Origin: Heteronotia binoei
Lineage: Eukaryota
Reading direction: 5' to 3'
NCBI RefSeq assembly: GCF_032191835.1
Contig: NC_083236.1
Coordinates: 1,860,001 to 1,924,000 of the forward strand
Length of the DNA stretch: 64,000 nt
A program made the position numbers and the translations under genes. Shown here piece after piece: positions 35,801 through 46,410 of the stretch (positions within the stretch are counted from its first letter, which is position 1; every line of letters starts with the position of its first letter). Below the pieces are notes generated by a model. That model was given only the letters and a program-made list of their open reading frames with translations, did not search any database and was not told where the DNA came from.

Positions 35801-38800
35801 AAAATTCCGCATGATTACTCTGCAGTCCATTCTGCCTCTAATCCCCAAGAACGCCTGGATGGCCCTCATCAACCTTCAGGATGCATATTTCCATCTCACA
35901 ATTAACCACTGTCACAAAAGATTCCTACAGTTTGCTGTCGGGAACGACCATTATCAGTTCCGAGCACTTCCATTTGGCCTATCTACGGCACCGAGAATTT
36001 TCACAAAATGCATGGCAGTGGTAGCTGCATCTCTTTGTCAGCAGAGGATTGCAATTTACCCGTACATAGACGACTGGCTTATAGTAAGCCCTTCAAGGGA
36101 AGAACTGGAACAGGACATTTCGACCACCTTATAGCTCCTGTCAAATCTAGGATTGCAAGTCAACAGCCAGAAATCCAACCTCACTCCTACCCAAGACATT
36201 CAATTCATAGGAGCGCATCTATCCATGGTGGATCACAAGGCTTACCTACCTACAGACAGAATTATCAGCATCCAATCATTGGCTGCCACTATAATCTCTC
36301 AACCAACTCAAACAGCCCTCACCTTCCAGCGCATGTTAGGCCTCATGGCAGCCACAACCGCTGTTTCACCCCATGCAAGACTTCGCATGAGACCCCTACA
36401 ACTTTGGTTCGTTCGCACGTTCTACCCACAATGTCACTCACAACAAACCCTTTTAACGGTTCCACGACACATACTGCCACCACTGGACTGGTGGGCAGTA
36501 CAAGACCATCTCTTCACAGGAATGCCATTCCTACGGCAACCTCCATCAGCCTTCATCACTACAGACGCTTCGAGATGGGGTTGGGGAGCCCATTTCGATA
36601 CACTGACAGTGCAAGGACAGTGGACGGCATACGAGAAATCTCTCCACATCAATTGCCTAGAACTCCTGGCAGTACACAGAGCCCTCAAGTCCTTCCTACC
36701 ATCGCTTCACGGTCGCCATGTCCAGGTAACATCAGACAATGTGGCGACTGTGTTCTACATCAACCGGCAAGGAGGGACTGCATCCACTTTTCTCTGCAAA
36801 AGAGCTCTAGCTCTCTGGTATTGGAGTATTGCACACTACATACACCTTACGACTGTGCACTTACCAGGAGTCCAAAACACCTGAGCAGACACCCTGAGCA
36901 GACAATTGGTCAACGACCATGAGTGGTCACTTCACAAATCATACCTCCAACCAGTCTTCTTGAAGTTCGGAACCCCCCTTATCGATGTGTTTGCCTCCCC
37001 GGACAATACCCAATGCACTCAATTCTATATGTGAGGCCCCCCTTCGAACCAGTCTGCGGGAGATGCCTTCCTCCAACAATGGAATGGACCACTTCATTTC
37101 CTCTTTCCACCCATTCCATTGATAACGAGGATACTCCAGAAGATGCAATTAGACCAAACCAACTGCATTCTGGTCACACCATGGTGGCCCCGCCAACCGT
37201 GGTTTACAACACTTCTCCTTCTCTCCAACAATGTATTCCATCGGTTTCCCCCCAATGCGGGACATCCTTTCACGGCAGAATGGCAAAGTCCTGCACCACG
37301 ACCCAGGTCGCCTTTGACCAACTGCATGGAGAATCAATTTTTGGAATTCCCTGAGTGAGTTAGACATGTTCTGCTGAATGCAAGAAAACCATCTACTAGG
37401 AAGTCTTACACTCTGAAGTGGAGACAATTCACCACCTATGCGGCTAATCACAACTTTCATCCTCTGTCATCCTCCATGTCACAGATCCTATCCTATACTC
37501 TCTCCCTCTCTGAAAATGGACTTACTTATTCCTCACTCAAGGTGCATTTAGCAGCCATTTCAGCCTTCCATCCTCACATAGAAGGACACACGGTGTTTTC
37601 CCATCCTGCTGCAAAATCCTTTCTAAAGGGCATCTTACATCTCCATCCCCCAATCCGCCAATTGTACACTACCTGGAGCTTATCTTTGGTCCTAAGCCAA
37701 CTGATGAAACCTCCCTTTGAGCCCATGGCATCTATACCATTACATCTTCTATCGTGGAAGACAGCACTGCTTGTGGCGCTGGGAAGAGAGTCAGTGACAT
37801 ATGCGCATTTCGAGCAGATACTCCCTATACCGTTTTTCACCACGATAGGGTAGTCCTTCGACCAGACCCCACCTTTCTCCCAAAGGTAGTGTCACCATTC
37901 CATCTACAAAGAACAACCACATTACCTTCTTTCTTTCAGAATCCCACAGATAGAGGCCAAAAAGCCCTTCATAATCTGGATGTACGCAGAGCCCTTGCAT
38001 ACTACATAGACAGAACTAGTTCTTTCCACAAGGACTCGAGACTCTTTATTGCATATGGCTCTCATAAAAGAGGATAAAGAATATCGACTCAGAGACTCTC
38101 GAAATGGCTGGTTGTTACCATTGCGTTATGCTACAAATTGGCAAAGCAACCTGCCCCAGAGCATTTACGAGCTCACTCTACGAGAGCTTTGTCTACATCC
38201 TCAGCCTTTTCCAGAGGCGTACCCATGGAAGACGTCTGTGCTGCCGCAGTCTGGTCCTCCACATCGACGTTCGCCACGCACTACGCAATCGACGTCCGTG
38301 CACAGCAAGACTCATCCTTTGGCCAGGCTGTACTCCGCTCCATCTTCGATTGAAGCTTACAGCCTCACCATTGGTAAGTGCCCTCTTACCGTATTACCTA
38401 ACTGTCATCTTGACTGATATGCATTAATCTATGAAGTTCCTTTTCAGGACCAGCACCCACCTCCGTGCAATTCAGCTTATCCGTCACCCATGTGTGGGAC
38501 TGCACAGAGACCACAAAGAAGATAAACAGGTTTCTTACCTGTAACTGATGATCTTTGAGTGGTCATCTGTGTAGTCACACACGCCCGCCCAGCCATCCCC
38601 GCTGCTGGTTATTTAGTTTAACCTACACTTCTCTTACCACTAGGCAGCGGCGGGAAAGAAACTGGGTGGGTGGAGCGCCTTCACCTCGCTCCAGGCATGC
38701 GCAGTGGATGCCTGCTCCCCAGAGCGGGAGGGAACGCGCACCAAAAATAACGCCTAGGCTAGCTTTTAAAATCTCCAAGGTCGGGTTCGTCCTGGCGGGA

Positions 38801-38867
38801 AAACCCATGTGTGTGACTGCACAGATGACCACTCGAAGATCATCAGTTACAGGTAAGAAACCTGTTT
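32823..38867 (+). mobile_element. Full-length DIRS1-type retrotransposon (copy C), same subfamily group as A
   Basis: Left end ATCTTCTTCGTGG; ITRs about 32823-33018 and 38645-38840; ICR about 38487-38585 (junction 38523|38524); gag 33242-35454, RT-RH-MT about 35455-37390, YR about 37390-38353, all with lesions. Confidence 0.95.
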
Positions 38868-38885
38868 TACTTTTCCCAGCAAGAC

Positions 38886-39037
38886 NNNNNNNNNNNNNNN
38901 NNNNNNNNNNNNNNNNNNNNNNNNNNNNNNNNNNNNNNNNNNNNNNNNNNNNNNNNNNNNNNNNNNNNNNNNNNNNNNNNNNNNNNNNNNNNNNNNNNNN
39001 NNNNNNNNNNNNNNNNNNNNNNNNNNNNNNNNNNNNN
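38886..39037. other. Assembly gap (152 N)
   Basis: Run of N. Confidence 1.
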
Positions 39038-42000
39038 ACCCTGCCGGAGCAGGCTCAGGGCGGCTAACAACATCATTCAGTTATACAAAAAACAAAGTTA
39101 CATTTAACATTAAAATTCTGATAAGTTTAAAATTAATTAATTAATTAGTAATAAAAGTGCTAATGCTATTTGTTCTTTTATGATGGCGGTAATCATTAGC
39201 AATTACTTTCTTCGTCAGCGAAAGCCAGTCGGAAGAGGAAGGTCTTGCAGGCCCTGCGGAACTGTTCAAGGTCCCGCAGGGCCCGCATTTCCTTTGGAAG
39301 TTGGTTCCATAGGTTCGGGGCTACAGAGGAGAAGGCCCGATTGCGGGTGCATTGCAGCTTCACCTCTCTTGGTCCGGGGGTGGTCAACAAGTTTTTTCCA
39401 GCTGACCTCAGTGCTCTCTGGGGTTCATATGGGGAAAGACGGTCCCTAAGGTAGACAGGTCCTCGACCATATAGGGCTTTAAAGGTAATGACCAGCACTT
39501 TGTAACGAACCCGGTATATAACTGGTAGCCAGTGCAGTTCGCACAGTCCAGGCTGTATGTGCTCCCATTTAGGGAGCCCCAGCAACAGTCTGGCCGCTGC
39601 ATTCTGCACCAGCTGCAGCTTCCGGGTTCGGTACAGAGGCAGCCCCATGTAGAGGGCATTACAGTAATCCAGTCTCGAGGTGACCGTTGCGTGAAGTACC
39701 ATTGCCAGATCTTGGCGCTCTAGGAAGGGAGCTAGCTGCCTTGCCCGCCTCAGGTGGAAAAAGGCTGACTTGGCAGTGGCTGCAATCTGGGCCTCCATTG
39801 ATAATGAAGGCTCCAGTAGAACTCCCAGACTCCTAATCGGTGCGCCGCTTTCAGCGGCGCCCCGTCGAAGACCGGAAGAGGTATTTCCCCTTCCCGGGCG
39901 CCCCGACTCAGGCAAAGGACTTCTGTCTTCGCTGGATTCAGTTTCAGCCCGCTCCCCCTCAACCAAGTTGCCATATCCTGCAAGGCCCGGTCTAAATTCT
40001 CAGGGACGCAGTCAGGCCGTCCATCCATCAGCAGATAGAGTTGGGTGTCATCTGCATATTGATGGCACCCAAGTCCATATCTCCTGGCAATCTGGGCAAG
40101 AGGGCGCATATAGATATTGAATAACATTGGTGAGAGAACTGCCCCCTGAGGCACTCCACAATCCAGTGTGCATCTCCGGGACCGCTCGCCACCAATTGCC
40201 ACCCTTTGTCCCCGATCCTCGAGGAAGGAGGAGAGCCATTGTAAGGCAGACCCCCTCACCCCTATATCGGCGAGGCGGCGGGTCAGTAGCCGATGGTCGA
40301 CCGTGTCGAACGCGGCCGACAGATCTAACAACATCAGCACCGCCACACCGCCCCGATCCAGGTGCCGTTAGAGATCATCTACCAGGGCGACCAGTACTGT
40401 CTCCATCCCATAACCCAGGCAAAAGCCGGACTGGCAAGGGTCTAGGATGGAAGCGTCATCCAGAAAGCTCTGTAACTGCGACGCCACTGCCCTCTCTATT
40501 ATTTTACCTAAAAACGGTAAATTAGAGACCGGTCGGTAGTTTGCCAATTCGGCCGGATCTGCTGTACTTTTTTTCAAGAGTGGTCGGACCAAGGCCTCTT
40601 TCAGGGATGATGGAAAGCGCCCCTCCGAGAGGGATCTATCTATTTATGATGTCCCGTAGAGGACAGTCAAGCTCCCTCAGGCAGGATTTAATTAGCCAGG
40701 AGGGGCATGGGTCCAGGTCACAAGTTGTAGGGTGCACAGAGGAGAGAATTCCATCAACTTCCTCCAGGCTGAGCGGGTCGAAATGATCCAGAGTTAAATC
40801 AGAAGACAGGCATGGGGCCTCGGGCTCATGTACTGTATCTAAGGTGATGGGCAGGTCCTGGCGGAGCGACGTGATTTTGTCTGCAAAAAATTTCGCAAAA
40901 GCCTCACAGCCTATTTCTAATTCTCTAACGTTTGGTCAGCCCTGGGGCAGTGTAGTTAAATGTCCAATTATTTTAAACAATTGTGCCGGGCGCGAATTTG
41001 CAGACGCAATCTTGGCCGTGAAGTACTTCTTCTTCGCGGCCTTGACTGCCATCTCATACGACCTCATAAACGTTCTGTAGGATGTTCTCGCCGCTTCGCC
41101 ACGAGTGCGCTGCCACTGCCTCTCTAGTCGTCGGAGTCCTTGTTTCAACCGGTGTAGCTCCAGGGTATACCCAGGAGCCAGCCTTGAACGAGGGCGCAGA
41201 GGACGTCGGGGTGCGATCTCGTTGATTGCCCCAGATAGCCGGTCTTGCCAGGCATCAACCAGGGCATCAAGGGAATCGCAAGGGGGCCAAGGATCCCGAA
41301 GAGCCGTTTGGAACCGTTCCGGGTCCATCAGGCTCCGCGGGCGAGCCAAAATAGGCTCTCCGCCCTTACAGGGTTGTGGTAGCGTCTCCATACGAGCCTT
41401 GAGGGCTAAGTGATCCAACCATGGTATCGCCTCCGTTGCGATTTCGTTCACTTTAATCCCGGCCGCAAAGATCAGATCTAGTGTGTGCCCAGCCTGATGC
41501 GTGGGAGTCGTAACAAATTGGGAGAGTCCCAGTGTCGCCATGGAAGACACTAGGTCCATCGCCTGAGTGGAAGCCGCGTCATCGGCGTGGACATTGAAGT
41601 CACCCAGGACCAGAAGCCCTGGGTACTCCAACGCCCAGCCGGACACCGCCTCCATCAGGGATGGTAAGGCGCTGGCCGGTGCGTTAGGTGGATGGTACAC
41701 CAGCCAGATCGCCAACCTCTCCCCAACATCCAACGCAAGGCCGACACATTCAACACCGTCGATCTTTGGGGCCGGGAGAGCCCGGAAGGAGTAAGCCTCC
41801 CGTATGAATACCGCCCCCCCCGCCCGCTAGTCCACGACTGGTGGAAGACCGAGTAACCCGGGGGAGTCATCTGGGAGAGTGCCATTGTCTCTCCCTCTTG
41901 AACCCAGGTCTCGGTCACGCAAGCCAGGTCTGCATCCTGCCGAAGCAGGAAGTCCCTAATGGTCTCGATCTTATTATTTATAGACCTGGCGTTGCATAAC

Positions 42001-42180
42001 ACCAGTGTCGGACGCAGGCAATTTCTCTTGGTCCCCCTACTTGTCACCGTTGGGATGGGAAGTAGACTAGAAGGGGGCCGAGCACTGTTTTGTCTCTGTC
42101 TCCTTCTCTCATATCTCCGTCCATTCCCACCGTCATATCTTCCCCTCCCCAGGAGCACTGGAATCCCCTGACCGGTCATC
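39038..42180 (-). mobile_element. L2-clade LINE; ORF2 (APE plus RT) nearly complete, with frameshifts
   Basis: LCNARSINNK, VTETW, GDFNVH, LLDLSAAFDTVDH, GVPQG, YADDTQLY, RLDYCNAL; 3' end gttagccgccctgagcctgc runs into the gap. Confidence 0.92.
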
Positions 42181-43410
42181 CCAAGCCTATTCTTTGATGG
42201 TTATATTAAGTTCGGCTGACTAATTTACATGCACAGCACAGATCCCTGGCCCACCCCCGTCCTCAGTTCCCAATTGTCTAGATCACCAAAATCTTTCCTA
42301 ATTGATTAGTAAATAAATAATTCTTACTTAGCACAGTACTAAAACCTAATTCTTAAAATTTAAAGTGCTAACATAAATAAATAATCAATAAATTAATTAA
42401 TCCTATATGCATTTAAATACATAGAATACACAATAATAATCCAATTTCTAATCAATTTAAAATTTCTAATCCAATTTCTAATCAATTTAAAATTAATTCA
42501 TTGTTAATAATTCTAATAGGTGATCAATAGTTAATTAAGCAACAAAGATGAAATTAAGGAGGTGAGGTAGGGTGTAGTTCTTAAAGTGCTGGTGTAAAAT
42601 TTTTTAAAAACGAATGTCCAGGTTTTAGGTTGGCTGGAAAGGTTTTATGGTTGGCTGGAAAGAAGTGGGAAGTCCCACTGGACAGGAGGGTGCATTTCAT
42701 GAGGAAAATGTAAGGGCATTAGAGGTGCAATAGAATGAGCTTTAATTTAAATTTGAGCCTATATTGATTAAAAAAACCACCCTGGTTATGTTATTATTGA
42801 GGTTTTCAGTTATTATTTCTGGCCTCAGATTACTTGATTAGTTAATTAATTCCTTATGTGAAGAATATTACCAGTGCAATACTTATTTCTGTCAGTGTTA
42901 AAAAATATTTAAAAACCCATGGGAATGTGGTAGCTCAAAGTTCACCATATGCTTTTACTAAGCAAACCATTCCCTGTTTTCTTCAAAGGCTCACATTAAG
43001 TGCAAATCTTCTTCGTGGTCTCTGTGCATCACACTGACGGGGATAAGGTGCCGGCGCCGATCTCGATCGGTAAACTTCAAAGCTGTGGATTTCCGCGCCG
43101 ACATCCCAGTGTGCATGCCCGAAGCCCCACTGCGCATGCTCACTGAGACGGGGGCGGACATCCCACCAGTTCTCTTCTGACCGCCGCACTTATCAGTCGA
43201 TCTTTTCTGCTACGGTCAGTGAACTTTGTTTCTATGAAGATTTATTGGTATAGTTAGTTATAGTTAGTTATAGTATTAGTGTAGTAGTTATAATAATTAT
43301 TAGTAGTTAGTTAGATAGCTGTTAGTTGCGGGAGAGTGGGGTTAGTAAATTTCCCGCCCTTTGGGACCCCCCCTCTCCCTGTTTTCCACCCGTCTTCTCG
43401 TTACCCTCGC

Positions 43411-45303
43411 ATGGAAAGACGGTGGAGATTTTTCAGACGGTGCTCCAAGTGTGGGAGTAAAATTGCCCCACCAGACGGACATTCGCTGTGCCTGTTGTGC
43501 TTAGGAGAGCAGCATAGACCGGAATCCTGTGTGCATTGCGCCAGGTTCTCAAAACAGACCAAGAAGAACAGAGCAGCAAGACTTGCATCGGCTCTCATGG
43601 AACAGGCACTCTCCCCTCGAAGAATGTCTTCGGAGCAGGCTGAGCACCCTATTGGCCCCACAGACCCGTTAACATTGAGATCAGTCGACACCGAGCGGCC
43701 CCCTTCCGACACCGATCGCCCTAGTAAGCGCTCGGGCTCGGCTGTTGTCTCAGAATCCTCAACGCCTGCAAAACGACATAAGGAGGATAAGGGGATGCAT
43801 GTGGAGAAGGGGAAGAAAGCCAAGAGAGCGGAGAAGCCGAAACACAGCAAATCCGCATCTCAAACTTCTCTGATGTCACCATCGGACCCGACGGCACCAG
43901 TCGTTCCACCATTGAAGCTTTTCGCTTCGCCCACCCGTCGGCCAAGCCCTCCGATCGCCGGATCCGGAGACCCCTCGCTCTTGAAGCTCACCCTTTCGAG
44001 GTCGATGGCAGGAACCTCATCAGGATCAATCCCCGAGAAGTCGCTCCCCTCGGTACCGAGAAGTGGATCGCTCTCCGCACCGCCCAGTGGCTCAGATTCC
44101 ATGGGATCAACGTCAGTGGCAGTATTTATATGGGGCATGCCCCATGCAGCCATCTTTTCCATGGCTCCCTCCAAGGCAGCTGGACTGGGACCAATTGTCC
44201 AAGACTTCCTATCGGTCCCGAACGTCGTACAGACCCCGCAATGTGCCCCATCGGCGTCAGTGTTGAAACCACCCGAGGTCGAACATCTAGGTTGTCCACA
44301 AGAGCCTGCGCAGCGCACCTCTTCGGAAAGAGCAAAAGCTGCACCCGCAGACCCTGGGTCACCACCACTTCACTGCCCATCAGAGCATTCAGATTCCCCT
44401 GGGGCGTCGCCTAAGTCCCTGGAAGGATCATCCCCCAAAGAGCATGAAGCCTCTTCACCGGGGGAACCCTCTCCACCACTGAAGACTACAGAGGAGCAGC
44501 CCATCTCGCCCTCTGTGGATTTGAAATCATACGGAGACCTCATAAAAAGAATGGCTCAGACGTTATCTCTCCCTATGGTACAGCCACAACCAGTTGTCAC
44601 AGATAATGTCTTGGACATTGTCCAAAGGGACACGTCTACAGCGGTTGCTCTACCACTCACCAATGTGATGCTACACACAGCAAAGTCTTCTTGGGACAAG
44701 CCAGCATCCACGCCTGTTTCTTCACGTTGGCTGGACCACATGTATCGCATCCAGGAGTCCACTGCAGATTTTCTCCACACCCATCCTAAGCCAAATTCGG
44801 TCGTGGTGTCATCGTCCTCTAAGGCGAAGAAGACACACTCTACGCCGCCTGATAAGGAAGGCAGGAAACTGGACTCTATGGGACGGAGACTCTACTCAGC
44901 GGGCTCCCTCGGGGTCAAGATTGCCAATTATACAGCATGCATGGGCCGCTATCAATATGCCCTTTGGGACCAGGTCTTGACCATTTTGAATACCCTTCCG
45001 GAGCAGAGCAGGAATGCCCTCAAGAAAATCCAAAAAGAGGGAATGACCCTGGCTAAACAGCAGCTGAGCTCAGCTAAGCACTCAGGGGATACCTGTGCTA
45101 AGACCCTGACCACAGTCATTTCATTAAGACGCCATTCCTGGTTGAGATCTACGGCCCTTCAATCTGACACGCAGGCCTATATCGAAGACCTCCCATTTGG
45201 CGGCACTGGTCTTTTCAGCTCGAACACAGATTCTGTTTTGCAAGAAATGGACAAAAGCATCAAAATGTCCAGAAACCTGGAGGCCTCTGCATCTCGCCCT
45301 CAG
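43411..45303 (+). pseudogene. DIRS D gag-like ORF1, interrupted by the gypsy element; its tail resumes at 50202-50390
   Basis: CSKC..HSLCLLC..H..SCVHC; LAP2alpha-like C-terminus RRHSWLRS; ends KKHKQGL* after the insertion. Confidence 0.88.
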
Positions 45304-45576
45304 TGTCAAGTCTGCTGTATTTTGATCAATCTATCTTCTAGCTCTGGTTCAGAAGTGAAGGAGTCTGGGTAGTTCACACTGAATACCGAATGCTGCTAGC
45401 AACTTTCCTTCCCAAGCCAACTTTCCTTCCTTCCTTCCCGAGCCAACCGCCACCCGTCGCTCCCGCGGGAGGCACGGTTCCCCAAGCACCGGCGGCACCC
45501 CCCCCCGCTCCGGCTAGGCAACGAGACTTGGGGGGGGCGGGAACTGGATGCCACGTTCGACGGGGACTCGGAGGAA

Positions 45577-46410
45577 GTGAACTACTTCGCAATCCAAGCG
45601 AACAGCTACATGTACTATTGGGGAGACCTGTTCCCAGACAAGATGAGTCGAGTCGATTATCTGGGGTCGAAGCTGCGGGGCGCGGCCAAGAAATGGTATG
45701 TGAGCCTGTGTGAGACCAACAGCCCGCTCCTGCACTTCGTGAATACGTTCGTGCAAGCCCTACCGACCCAGTACGAGGACCCCTTGCAGGAGGCCCGAGC
45801 GCTGTCGGCGCTACGGAACATGAAGCATGGGGCCCGATCCATCCGGGAATACGCGGCAAACTTTCAGGCCAACGCCGCCAGGGCCCGGAACTGGAACGAA
45901 GTAATGAAAATTGAGCACTTCACCAACGGGCTGAACCCTAGCATCCTGGATCGGGCGCTCACCCAAGCCAGCCCGGACACGCTAGTGGGGTGGATCCAGT
46001 TGGCGGGAGAAGTGGAGACCAACCTGAAGCGAGTAGCAATGCTGCGCCAAGCGCTCGCCACTGGTAAAGGGGCGCTCAAAACCACCCCCGGGAAGGTCGA
46101 GCCGCCCAAAGCCAAAAAGCCGCCGGTGGCTGCTCCGGCGGGGCCCCGCTGTTGCTTCCGGTGTGGGGACCCAAGTCACCTCGCCTCCAACTGCCCTCAG
46201 CCTCCCGCAGGAACCACTCCGGCGCAGGGGTCGACCAGGCCGGGCACCCCAGGCCCCAAGAAACCCTCTGGCCGCCCTAAGGATGTGGCGAAGAGCAGCG
46301 CGCTAAAGGTACAGGAGGAGCTGCAGGAAGAAGAGGTCCGTCTATCCGCAGAATTGGAAGACCTCGCGTGGGAAGAGGAACCGGCGGGAAACGACTCCGA
46401 CCTGCTCTGA
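45577..46410 (+). CDS. G2 gag (capsid plus CCHC knuckle), N-terminus deleted
   Basis: YLGSKLRGAAKKWY; CFRCGDPSHLASNC. Confidence 0.85.
   Translation: MNYFAIQANSYMYYWGDLFPDKMSRVDYLGSKLRGAAKKWYVSLCETNSPLLHFVNTFVQALPTQYEDPLQEARALSALRNMKHGARSIREYAANFQANAARARNWNEVMKIEHFTNGLNPSILDRALTQASPDTLVGWIQLAGEVETNLKRVAMLRQALATGKGALKTTPGKVEPPKAKKPPVAAPAGPRCCFRCGDPSHLASNCPQPPAGTTPAQGSTRPGTPGPKKPSGRPKDVAKSSALKVQEELQEEEVRLSAELEDLAWEEEPAGNDSDLL

Noticed and set aside
38555-39067. 170-aa ORF in the track
   Set aside because: Artifact of reading DIRS terminal sequence through the N gap
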